From the NCBI RefSeq assembly GCF_001194135.2, contig NC_068987.1, positions 63,323,759 through 63,360,553 of the forward strand: a stretch of DNA of 36,795 bases, read 5' to 3'. The position numbers and the translations under genes are program-made. Origin of the DNA: Octopus bimaculoides (taxonomy: Eukaryota). The notes beneath the pieces were generated by a model. The model did no database searches. It was not told the origin of the DNA and saw nothing but the letters and a program-made list of their open reading frames with translations. This document shows positions 1 through 11,241 of the stretch, one piece after another (the stretch's first letter is position 1; the number at the start of each line of letters is the position of its first letter).

Positions 1-48
1 TATATGTATGTATATACATACACATATATACGTATGTATGTATTTGTG

Positions 49-81
49 TGAGAGAGAGGGAGAAAGAAAGAAAGAAAGAGC

Positions 82-123
<42 letters not shown>
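49..123. repeat. (GA)n/(GAAA)n microsatellite
   Basis: Direct reading; preceded by a (TA/TATG)n tract at 1-48. Confidence 0.9.
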
Positions 124-772
124 GAAGGAAAGACACAATTGTATATTCGCACCTAATCTTTTTATTCCTATAATGTTTCTTTAAATTCATGACTGCATAC
201 TTTGCAAGATAACATAACTGTAGGATTGTGACCACTATCTTAAATTGAACTGACGTCAGAAAGATGTCTTAACATTGGATGAAAAAGTATTGTATTTATG
301 CATGAACATGGTGGGTAGTTACTCCGCCCCACTCCGCACTTGTGTGTGATAGCCCAGTGTTATTCTACGAATCCCGTATCTATGTGTGTTTGGGCTCCAG
401 TGATTTGCTCTGTCCGGTGGTCTAGTGGTCTATGACGCTATTAAGATGACCTGTGTCTACCATTACCTATGCAAAGCCACATGTAAGTACGTCTACACAG
501 CGCTTCGTGTAGCAGTGGAGTAATGAGAATAATCAATTATCAAATCAATGAAGAAATCGATAAATATTTTGATTAAGCACAAGGGGCTAAAAAAAAAAAA
601 ATGTTAAGGGTATCAAGAAAGCAGCAGGGGAGAAGATGAGAATGACAGCAGCGAAAACAGACATAAACGAATGTTTGTAATATCATTAAGAAAAATATTT
701 CAAATAATAACTGAGAAAAACAAGATCGAAATGGCGGGTATAAATAGTGGAATGTGCGATTGTTTTTGAGAG

Positions 773-1385
773 NNNNNNNNNNNNNNNNNNNNNNNNNNNN
801 NNNNNNNNNNNNNNNNNNNNNNNNNNNNNNNNNNNNNNNNNNNNNNNNNNNNNNNNNNNNNNNNNNNNNNNNNNNNNNNNNNNNNNNNNNNNNNNNNNNN
901 NNNNNNNNNNNNNNNNNNNNNNNNNNNNNNNNNNNNNNNNNNNNNNNNNNNNNNNNNNNNNNNNNNNNNNNNNNNNNNNNNNNNNNNNNNNNNNNNNNNN
1001 NNNNNNNNNNNNNNNNNNNNNNNNNNNNNNNNNNNNNNNNNNNNNNNNNNNNNNNNNNNNNNNNNNNNNNNNNNNNNNNNNNNNNNNNNNNNNNNNNNNN
1101 NNNNNNNNNNNNNNNNNNNNNNNNNNNNNNNNNNNNNNNNNNNNNNNNNNNNNNNNNNNNNNNNNNNNNNNNNNNNNNNNNNNNNNNNNNNNNNNNNNNN
1201 NNNNNNNNNNNNNNNNNNNNNNNNNNNNNNNNNNNNNNNNNNNNNNNNNNNNNNNNNNNNNNNNNNNNNNNNNNNNNNNNNNNNNNNNNNNNNNNNNNNN
1301 NNNNNNNNNNNNNNNNNNNNNNNNNNNNNNNNNNNNNNNNNNNNNNNNNNNNNNNNNNNNNNNNNNNNNNNNNNNNNNNNNNNNN
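773..1385. other. Assembly gap (N-run). Other gaps: 4080-4089, 6508-7311, 8815-8824, 14989-15153, 16464-16933, 28349-29044, 31059-31575, 33507-33750
   Basis: Runs of N; nearly all are flanked by (TA)n or (GA)n microsatellites, typical of short-read scaffold gaps. Confidence 0.98.
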
Positions 1386-2666
1386 AGAGAGAGAGAGAGA
1401 GAGAGAGAGAGATGAATAGATGAATAAATTGTGAAGTATCTCCTATCAAGAGAAGTATGAGAAAGAAATTCGGAATGGATAAATGTGAAGGTGAAAACAG
1501 TAAGTATTAATAATAAAAAACAAAAAAAAACAAAGCAAAAACAAAACAAAAACAAAAGAACTAATGACAATACAAATATAGCCATAAACATATCTACATC
1601 ATACAAAGATATGGAAAAGTAATAACGAAAACATATAAAAATATATGAAAAATAATGTAAGAAATAATACAAGCGAAGTTAAAAGTGACAAACGAAAGAA
1701 CAGAGATATCAAAGGGCAAAGGTTAAATGAACTCAGTGGGGGAAGTAATGAAGATATTGGTCTCATGTGAACAAGGAGAGAAGAGAAAACAAGAGAGGTA
1801 GCGCGCGTGTGTGTGTGTGTATGTGTATGTAAAAGTGCATGCGTGTGTATGTCTGTGTTTATGAGTGCATGTGCGAGTGTATGTGGAAGAGAAGGCTTGA
1901 TATGCCAGTCGACGAGACTGATAGAAAGTCTCTCGATTCAACAAGACAACGTTATTTGTTAAGTTTGGCATGTCCTATACTATAAGATCTTCATTCGTTT
2001 CGCATGGCGGTTTCATTTCTCAGGTCCTTTGTAGAAATTTCTCTTATATTTACGTATGTAATGTCCTAGAAAAAGCAAATGAGTTACAAAATGTAATTTC
2101 TAACCAAACATAAATTTGTCACCCTTGAATCCGTGTAAGAAGACAAGAATGAAATTAAAAAAATTAAAAAACATTCAAATGAATATCTATGGGTGCCAAA
2201 AGAAACAACTTTCATAAGTGATCGATAAACAGGTAGAAATTTAGAAAAATCAAAGAAACAGCAATATAATAAAATAATCTCTGATAACCCAATCATTAAG
2301 TTCAGCGGTAACAGCCATTGTTATTATTAATATTAATTTCATCAAAGATTTCATATCATTACCATTGGTTTAGAAATGGGCAGCCGTTGTGAATGACGTT
2401 TGTTTTACACTTAAGAGTTTTTTTAGAGGATCTTCTCTGGTTGATGAATTTTTGAACTAACTTTTAAATATTTATCTAAGTACCTTTAAATAAATAAGTC
2501 CTACGTGTAAACAAACATTAGTTAACGCGCATACTCAGTTGACTTTTAGATTATGTCATAGAACAGTACAATTATAAATTCATCCCCCGCCTCCTATTAC
2601 AACAGACGAGCACCAATGGAAAATATCCATACCATGCATGTCATATACTACAAGAAACAAATGCAT

Positions 2667-2898
2667 AAGGTGGCGAGCTGGCAGAAACGTTAGCAGGCCA
2701 AGCGAAATGCTTAGCAGTATTTCGTCTGCCGTTATGTTCTGAGTTTAAATTCCGCCGAGGTCGACTTTGCCTTCCATCCTTTCAGGGTTGATAAATTAGG
2801 TACCAGTTATGCACTGGGGTTGATGTAATCGACTTAATCCCTTTGTCTGTCCTTGTTTGTCCCCTCTATGTTTAGCCCCTAGTGGGCAATAAAGAAAT
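2667..2898 (+). mobile_element. tRNA-derived SINE, family A (GGYGGCGAGCTGGCAGAA head), full length with 15-bp TSD
   Basis: Head AAGGTGGCGAGCTGGCAGAAACGTTAGC, B-box-like GAGTTTAAATTCC, A-rich 3' end; perfect direct repeat AAGAAACAAATGCAT at 2652-2666 and 2899-2913; five further copies in the window. Confidence 0.92.
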
Positions 2899-3169
2899 AA
2901 GAAACAAATGCATCATGATTACAGATTAGATGAATACAAAAGAAAAAAAAATTCATAAAAGGGAACACACCATGTTACATTTAACTATAAAATGTTGATG
3001 GAATATGTTACAATAACATCAAGATGAAAAGCCTTCTCTTTAACGGAAAACTACAAAGTCAACAAACCACAGAATTTACTTCAAACTAACAATGTAATTT
3101 ATAAATTCCAATTAATGCATAAAGATTTAACCAGCATAAATCAAATTGCTACATTTGAACAAACATGTA

Positions 3170-4412
3170 GCAGGTTGAGTAAAAAGTAAGCAACGTTTTG
3201 AACCGGATTTTTGCAGAGTTTTGAATTTTTTTAAACATGTTTTTAGCAATTGTCTGATAATACAGGCATAGACTTGCCCAAATGTATCGATAAATTAACA
3301 TTGATATCATTTTCACCGTTCTTACAATCATCTGAAATGGAACTGTCAAAGCGCGATATTCGAGCAATTTTGCTATTCAACTTCAAAATAGGACGTAATG
3401 CAGCTGAAGCTGCTCGCGATATCAATGAAACGTTTGATGAGGAAATGACCAGTGAGTTGCCAGCTCGGAAATGGTTTAAACGATTTCGCAGTGGAGACTC
3501 GAGCCTTGAAGATCGTGAGCGTATTGGACGCCCATCAGTCGTCGATGACAGTCAATTAAAGACCGTCATTGAGAAAGATCCACGTAAAACTACTCGAGAA
3601 GTAGAAAAAGAACTTCAAGTTAGCCAGAAAACTGCCTGCAACCATTTGCATGTGATCAGAAAATCAAAAAAGCTCGACATATGTGTACCACACGATTTGA
3701 ATGAAAATCAGAAAATGCACAGATATAAGATTTGCTTATCGCTTCTTCTCCGTAACCAGGCCGATCCATTTCTCGACTGTATTGTAACTTGCGATGAAAA
3801 GTGAATTCTGTACAATAATAAAAAACGTTCTTCGCAGTGGTTGAACTAAAATGAAGCACCGAAAACCTTCCCTAAATCCGAGCTCTTCAAAAAGAAGGTT
3901 ATGGTGAGTGTTTGGTGGTTTACTGCTCGACGCATACACTATAACTTCTTAAAACCCAGAAAAAACCATTACTGCAGAAACATATTGCCATGGAATTGCC
4001 AAAATGAACGAAAAACTACTACTCCGTCCCAGACTGGTCAACAGAAGAGGGCCAATCATTCTTCATGACAATGCTCGACNNNNNNNNNNAGAAGTTGAGG
4101 GAACTTGGCTACGAAGTTCTTCCCCTCCCAGCTTATTCCCTAGACCTTTCTCCTACCGACTACCACTTTTTCAAGCACCTTGATGGTTTCCTGTGAGAGA
4201 AAGAGTTCAAAAATCAAACCGATACTGAAAGTGCGTTCAAAGAGTTTATCAGTTCCAGAATTCCAGATGTTTATGTTACTGGAATAAACAAACTTGTAGC
4301 TCGTTGTTGATTGTAATGGTACTTACTTTGATGAATAAAATTTCCGCATTGGTGAAATATATTGTGATGAATTTCATGTTTCAAAATGTTGCTTACTTTT
4401 TACTCAGCCTGA
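3170..4412 (+). mobile_element. Full-length mariner DNA transposon (inactive)
   Basis: 33-bp TIRs at 3170-3202 and 4380-4412 (3 mismatches); TA duplication at 3168-3169 and 4413-4414; about 1.24 kb, close to canonical mariner length. Confidence 0.95.
3337..4338 (+). pseudogene. Mariner (DD34D-type) transposase, disrupted
   Basis: MELSKRDIRAILLFNF... HTH region, (W)VPHDL-like CVPHDL, TCDEK, HDNAR and YSLDLSPTDYHFF motifs; in-frame stops at 3802 and 3847, a later frameshift and a small C-terminal deletion. Confidence 0.93.
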
Positions 4413-4832
4413 TACAACACTCCTCCATAGTTTGACAATACATTTACAACAAGGTGTAATCGCAACACATTACAATACAATACATGCAACAAAAATGACA
4501 GAAAAAGACAATAGTTGATATTACAGTTCTATATAGAATTCCACAAAACTAGAAAGATATCTAAGGAGGTTTTGCTAATAAAAAATATAAGCCAAAAATC
4601 AAGTTAGAAATTCAACACACACGAAATTAAGTACGATGGCTCTCGGACTTATCCACTGAATAATTTTTTATATCCAGCGTTAAAATATAAAAGGAAAAAG
4701 AAAAAGAAAGAGCCACCGGCATTCGATGATCCTATCCATCCAGTCCAAAATGCACGAAAAGATGTCATTCTATAACCATTCCACCCTGAACATGGAATGG
4801 TTATAGAATATCTTCGAAACATTAACAGTTTA

Positions 4833-5083
4833 ATGGATTTAGGAACGCTAGAGCTTACTTCCCAACCATATGGTTCCGGATTTAGTTTCACTGTGAGGCA
4901 CTTTGGCCAAGTGTGTTCTACTACAGCCTCGGGCCGACCAAAGCCTTGTGAGAGGATTTGGCAGACGGAAACTGAAAAAACCCCGTCGTATATATGTGTG
5001 TCTTTGTGTCTGTATTTGTCCCTCATCACTGCTTGACAACCAGTTTTAGTGTGTTTTACATTCACGTCATTTAGCGGTTCGAC
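4833..5083 (+). mobile_element. tRNA-derived SINE, family B, degenerate and 3'-truncated
   Basis: Core GGCCAAGTGTGTTCTACTACAGCCTCGGGCCGACCAAAGCCTTGTGAGAGGATTTGGCAGACGGAAACTGAA matches the copy at 14817-15400. Confidence 0.88.
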
Positions 5084-5139
5084 TTGTGGATCTTTTATTT
5101 TTTAGTGAAGATTGTAGCGGGTATCATGCAATGAAAAAC

Positions 5140-6110
5140 AATTGAAATGGAAACATGTAATTTTTACTATATACACCATGGTTAGACAGGAGATAGCGAA
5201 CAGCTATCATAGATCGCGCAATTATCGAGAGGTATGTATGTATGTATGTATGTATGTATGTATGTATGTACGTACGTAAATTGGGGACTATCAAGCATGT
5301 GTCTTAACATCACTGTTGTATGTATAAGAGACCTTGACAAACTACTGTAGGCGCATCTACCGTTATGAGCGATGTCACCAGTGATGTTTGCGTAATATTC
5401 CAAAGATCTCATGGCGATCTTATCTACCCGAAACGAGAAAAATGTAGTTGCGAAAATGACGTGTATTGAGTTTATGATGATGAAACACCAACTCAAATGG
5501 TCTGGTCATCTTGTCTGTTTAGAGGACACCTGCATGTAAAACAGTTGTATGGCGAGCTGGAGCAAGCACAACAAATATTGGTACTAACGCCTGGGAAGAT
5601 ATTGCATCAGGTGGGGGTGCTGTGTGGAGGAATATGATTGTTACTGGTGTTAAAGAATTCAAGAACAACAAGGTTGCATACACTGAATTGAAACGTACTG
5701 GTAAATATATAGAAGACGTTGACCCCATTCTTGTGAAGTGCACGAAAGGATCTCTTTCATGTGACCAGTGTGGTCGTGTCAGCTTGTCAAATGCAAGCCT
5801 ACTCAGACACAAGTATGGTCATAGAAGCAACCCCAAATGTTCTGTCATGCACCTTGTGTAGCAGAGTATGTGGGCCGGCCAGTGGATTCCCTCAGAATCG
5901 TAGGTTCCAATATCCAGGTGGTCGAGCTGTCGCTGGGGGTGAGGTGAGGGATCTCACTTGTGTTTGGTGTGGAATGGCTGGTAAGTCCCTAGTAAGCCTT
6001 CGAAGCCATGTGAGATTGCATCAGCGATAGGAAGACCAAACTTGAGATTCTTCTTAGCGTCAAATGGGTCAAGGATTTCCTCTTAATTGGTCACGACGCG
6101 ACTTCTACCA
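5140..6110 (+). mobile_element. RTE-clade LINE, 3' fragment of ORF2 with C-terminal C2H2 fingers
   Basis: Frameshifted translation gives TSLLY..ETLT, CLRNIPKISW, MTCIEFMMMKHQLKWSGHLV, QLYGEL and WRNMIVTGVKEF, the typical RTE ORF2 C-terminus; then C2H2 motifs and a stop at 6028-6030; a (TATG)n tract interrupts it at 5233-5270. Confidence 0.85.
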
Positions 6111-6360
6111 TCTAAGCATGTATGGATATGTGCGTGTATGTGCGCGTGTATCTTCTAAGCTTGATCTATAAAATTAACCGATTTTACATAGATTTAGCCT
6201 GTATTTATTTGTTTTAATAATTATTTAAGCACATTTGTGAATTATACTTGAATCAACCAGACACAATTGCACTGTATTTCGCTGATATTTGTGCATTTTA
6301 TGCATGTATGTATACATACAGATATATTGTATAAGTGTACATATATGAATATATAAATGG

Positions 6361-6377
6361 ATACATACGTACACACA

Positions 6378-6437
<60 letters not shown>

Positions 6438-6507
6438 CCAGCATATATCATATATATATCCCAACAAACATCACATATATATATTTATATATTCATGTAT
6501 ATATATA
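6361..6507. repeat. (CA)n and (TA)n microsatellites
   Basis: Direct reading; runs into an N gap. Confidence 0.9.
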
Positions 6508-7311
6508 NNNNNNNNNNNNNNNNNNNNNNNNNNNNNNNNNNNNNNNNNNNNNNNNNNNNNNNNNNNNNNNNNNNNNNNNNNNNNNNNNNNNNNNNNNNNN
6601 NNNNNNNNNNNNNNNNNNNNNNNNNNNNNNNNNNNNNNNNNNNNNNNNNNNNNNNNNNNNNNNNNNNNNNNNNNNNNNNNNNNNNNNNNNNNNNNNNNNN
6701 NNNNNNNNNNNNNNNNNNNNNNNNNNNNNNNNNNNNNNNNNNNNNNNNNNNNNNNNNNNNNNNNNNNNNNNNNNNNNNNNNNNNNNNNNNNNNNNNNNNN
6801 NNNNNNNNNNNNNNNNNNNNNNNNNNNNNNNNNNNNNNNNNNNNNNNNNNNNNNNNNNNNNNNNNNNNNNNNNNNNNNNNNNNNNNNNNNNNNNNNNNNN
6901 NNNNNNNNNNNNNNNNNNNNNNNNNNNNNNNNNNNNNNNNNNNNNNNNNNNNNNNNNNNNNNNNNNNNNNNNNNNNNNNNNNNNNNNNNNNNNNNNNNNN
7001 NNNNNNNNNNNNNNNNNNNNNNNNNNNNNNNNNNNNNNNNNNNNNNNNNNNNNNNNNNNNNNNNNNNNNNNNNNNNNNNNNNNNNNNNNNNNNNNNNNNN
7101 NNNNNNNNNNNNNNNNNNNNNNNNNNNNNNNNNNNNNNNNNNNNNNNNNNNNNNNNNNNNNNNNNNNNNNNNNNNNNNNNNNNNNNNNNNNNNNNNNNNN
7201 NNNNNNNNNNNNNNNNNNNNNNNNNNNNNNNNNNNNNNNNNNNNNNNNNNNNNNNNNNNNNNNNNNNNNNNNNNNNNNNNNNNNNNNNNNNNNNNNNNNN
7301 NNNNNNNNNNN

Positions 7312-7414
7312 TATATATATGTATGTATGTATGTATGTATGCATGTATGTATGTATGTGTGTACATATATGCTTATATATATGCATACATACAGTCTCTC
7401 TGTGTGTCTATCTG

Positions 7415-7475
<61 letters not shown>

Positions 7476-7513
7476 TTATCTATCTCGCTAGCTTGCTATT
7501 TCTCTCTCTCTCA

Positions 7514-7563
<50 letters not shown>

Positions 7564-7593
7564 ATCAAATATATATATATATATATATATATA
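7312..7593. repeat. Compound microsatellite (TATG)n-(TCTA)n-(TC)n-(TA)n
   Basis: Direct reading. Confidence 0.9.
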
Positions 7594-7785
7594 CACTTGT
7601 TACAGCGGGCTGTTGGTGCATTTGTTATTTAATTCCGGTCGTTAACGTCGTGGCATTATGGCAAGAAAACTTCACTACTAATATCGATTAGTAATTATAA
7701 AGTTAAGATGATGACGTCAGCGGTCAGAATAATTTCCCCTTACCACTACCATTTTTTTTCATATACATGTATGTATATATATGAA

Positions 7786-7998
7786 CTGATTTCAAATTTT
7801 GGCACAAGGCCAGTATTTCGGGGAAGGGGATAGGGCGATTGCATCAACCCCAGTGCTTCACTGATACTCATTTTATCGACCCTGAAAGGATGAAAGGCAG
7901 TGTTGACATCAGCGGAATTTAAACTCGGAACGTAAAGACAGACGAAATACCGCTAAGCATTTTGCCCGGCGTGCTAACGATTCTGCCAGCTCGCCGCC
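7786..7998 (-). mobile_element. tRNA-derived SINE, family A
   Basis: Reverse complement begins GGCGGCGAGCTGGCAGAATCGTTAGCACGCCGGGCAAAATGCTTAGCGGTATTTCGTC. Confidence 0.92.
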
Positions 7999-8254
7999 GC
8001 TTTATCTAAATATATATTAAAATACATTGAAATGTGTCCCCCCATTGAGTGTACACACACACACACACACACTCACACATATGTACATATGTATATATGT
8101 AGATATATGTATATATATAAGTATATATATATACATATTCTTTTATTCTTTTTCATTTACTTGCTTCAAACTTAGACAAGAAGCAGTGGCCATGCTAGGG
8201 CACTGTCATTGATGTTGCTACATTTTCATTAATCTTCCTTTAACAGTTCACATT

Positions 8255-8510
8255 TAGTTAAAGAATGTTTGCTGCCCTTATATGCATTTTCTTCAAGGAA
8301 GCTGGTTCATCCGTTCCGCTTGACAGTTGGAGAACCAATTATTTGTAAATATTTATATCCACCATATGCAGGTCTTTCGAATCTTTTGGAGGATACTGAA
8401 AAGCTGTGGACCCTTGAATCTGAAGCTACTGGAAATAGCAGCCGATAATATACGACATTATTGTAAAGCTTCACTGTATATATGTACTAGCAAAGATGTC
8501 TGCGGGTGGC
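8255..8510 (-). mobile_element. CR1-type LINE 3' end, degenerate
   Basis: Minus-strand translation SSFRFKGPQLFSIL / DLHMVDINIYK / SSGTDEPAS...RAAN resembles the GPQLFN.LP...F K..LD..L..VPDEP C-terminus of invertebrate CR1 ORF2; frameshifted. Confidence 0.65.
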
Positions 8511-8824
8511 GAACATAAAAAATTTCATCTTACCTGTAGGAAGAACATTAAATAAATGTACAGCCCAGATGTGGATAATCTAGGACCTAGGGTTCGAACT
8601 TTGCAAATTACGTTTGTTAACGTAAATTTGATTAGTTCTCTTCGGATAGATTCACCTTGACAAAATTTTGAATGTTGCTACATCAGTGTCAGTATACATG
8701 TCTGAACGCCTGGCCGTTAACAGACCGAGAACAGTGAAAAAGTTTTCAAAGAAAAAATTATTAAATAATGCAATATATATATATATATACTGCTTCCCAG
8801 TATATATATATATANNNNNNNNNN

Positions 8825-8889
<65 letters not shown>

Positions 8890-9577
8890 CATATATAAAT
8901 GTGGGTGTTACATTAGAATGAACATCAAAGTAATTAACGGAAAGAACGAGCTTAGGTAAGCCTATTTCAACAGCCAACATTTTATCTACAATCATTACGA
9001 TTTCGGCGTTCGGGAAAATTTATTTCCGTTCATCTGGAAAGCCCCAGGTTTCAAGCAAGACAAAGTGTAGAACAAAACGGCACTTTCTAAACCATCCCTC
9101 ACAAATTCCCACCAAAACATATCGATGAATTTTACCTTTCACATTTGCGCAAACAATTTATTCGGACATTGGTACAAGCAGTTTACACCCATTCAAACCT
9201 CAAGCCGTTGGGTTAAAATGATTCTATTCCCTCTGAGAGAATACTAAGGAAAAAATGAGAAATATTCAATATTAAACCGAAGTATCATCAACTTTTACAC
9301 TGTTATGCAAATCAGAGTAGCTCACTTAGTTCTATTCGAGTTTGTGTATACTATAGATAGCTATTCTGTACTGTTACTTTTGTGGTCAGAAAAAGCAGTA
9401 GATAATGATGAAACGATAAAAGATATTGAAGATCTTTAAAGCGATTTCCCTTTTCTCGCCACTGATAAAATAAAACGTGATTTCCCCACAGTATCCGGTT
9501 TTCACAGTGAAGCTAAAACGTGTCATTACTAACACACAGGCCTGTAAAGATACCTGGTATTATTACATACGTACAAA

Positions 9578-9780
9578 AGCGGTGAGGTGGTAGAATTGTT
9601 AGCTCACCTGATAAAATACTTTGTAGCTTTTCGTCCGACTTTATTTTCTGAGTTCAAACTTTTCTGAGGTCGACTCTGCCTTTCATCCTTTCGGGACCAA
9701 TAAAATAAGTAGCAGTTAAGCACTGAGGTCGATGTAGCCCGCTTTCTAAAATCTGAGATCTTGTGCCTATTGTAGACAAG
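9578..9780 (+). mobile_element. tRNA-derived SINE, family A, old copy
   Basis: CTGAGTTCAAACTTTTCTGAGGTCGACTCTGCCTTTCATCCTTTCGGG core is shared with the other family A copies. Confidence 0.85.
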
Positions 9781-9923
9781 AGATTACTACATAACTACAT
9801 ACACAGATGCAAACTCACGTATGTATGTATGCATGTATGTATGTATGTATGTGTCTATGTATGTATGTATGTATATATAAATTTAAATTACGATGAACGT
9901 AAACAAACAAACGAAGTTTGCTT

Positions 9924-10184
9924 TACAATTCTATATTTAAAAGATGAGGAATTATGTACATTATTTACATTCGACGGATATTCAGGTGTCTTGGGGGAAA
10001 TTTCGAACCTGGGTTCTCATTCCTAAGGTATTTTTCGATGTTGTTATTATTATCATTACTATTATTATTATTATTATTGTTCAGGTCACCGCTTGGAATC
10101 GAACTCGGAATCTTGGGATTAGTAGCCCGTGCTCTTAACCACTACACCATATATCCGTGTAAATAATGCAAATAATGTAAATAA
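9924..10184 (-). mobile_element. tRNA-headed short element with internal (AAT)n and flanking inverted repeat
   Basis: Minus-strand A box TGGTGTAGTGG and B box GAGTTCGATTCC (about 10085-10158), (AAT)n at about 10042-10078, second B-box-like GGTTCGAAAT; imperfect inverted repeat 9955-9981 / 10151-10184. Confidence 0.75.
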
Positions 10185-10324
10185 CATCACTGTCTTTAGT
10201 ATCGCAAAAAGAAACCCCAACAGCACAGCACTCTCATCTACATCACCCTCACCACTGTTAATAAGAATATCATCACCACCTTAACCTCAAATGTTACATC
10301 TTTCCACAACCGGATTTGATAATA

Positions 10325-11241
10325 TAAAAACTCTATTTTCATTCAGATTTAAAAGCGTAGAAAACTATTCATTCATCCAGTTTTTATTATTTAGAAACTA
10401 TTATTATTAATCTAGATTTAATAATGTAAAAATTATATTATCATTAAATGCGATTTTATTAATGTAGAAACTCTATTATAATTAATTTGAGTTTAATAAT
10501 ACAGAAAACTATATTATTACTGCATCAAATTTCATAACGAAACAACAAATACGAGTTTATCATTGAAATATATTGGAGTAAGAAATCTTATCATTAACTA
10601 GGTTTCGTTGTTCTTGTCGTATATGACAATTTATCGGCTTGTTAGACATCAGCATGTCGGCAAATAAGAGCCAAAATTCTTGCTTAGACTCATTGATCCA
10701 GAGGTTACTTTGACCGAAGAAACGCAACAAAGTCGAAACATCTCGGTGTCTCAAAGTCCCCGTACCTCAATGGACTGAGTGTATTGTAAACATATCATGT
10801 GTACCCCAATTTTGTTGTTATTGAGTCTCATGTTAAATGAGGATTTATTACTGTAGAAACTACATTATCGTTAATTTAAGTTTAATAATACTCAAACTAT
10901 ATTATTACTGCATTAAATTTCATAACGAAGCAACATATAGACTATTCTATCAGTCAGATTTAATGGAGTAGAAAACTTATCATTAACTAGGTTTTAAAAA
11001 AGAATTTTTCGTTGTTCTTCCGTACGTGAAATTTATTATCGGCTTGTTTGATAACAGCACACGTCGGCATATAAGAGCCAAAATTGTTGTTTAGACTCAT
11101 AGATCCGAGTGTTGCTTTGACTGAAGAGACACAACAAGATCAAATCACCGCAGTGTCTCAAAGTCCCATTACCGCAATGGAATGAATGTGTTGTGAACAT
11201 ATTAGTGTTCTCACTTTTGCTGTTGCTGATTCTCATGTTAC
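10325..11241. repeat. Degenerate 33-39 bp AT-rich minisatellite inside a 407-bp tandem duplication
   Basis: TAGAAACT(A)TATTAT..TT..ATTTAATAAT-type units; two diverged copies (about 10428-10834 and 10835-11241) with anchor points exactly 407 bp apart (10689/11096, 10776/11183). Confidence 0.85.

Noticed and set aside
395-488. Exon-like segment (CTCCAG acceptor at 400, GTAAGT donor at 483) with an A-box-like TGGTCTAGTGG
   Set aside because: All three frames from the acceptor contain stops, and no B box follows the A-box-like motif.
686-1672. Long ORFs spanning N gaps (also 6335-7691, 14906-15220, 16374-17147, 28248-29134, 30813-31694, 33360-33813)
   Set aside because: They are open only because N codons and microsatellites contain no stops; there is no coding evidence.
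1908-1936. Small hairpin TCGACGAGACT-GATAGAA-AGTCTCTCGA containing CTGATAGAAA
   Set aside because: No stem II between the CUGA and GAAA boxes, so not a hammerhead; short enough to arise by chance.
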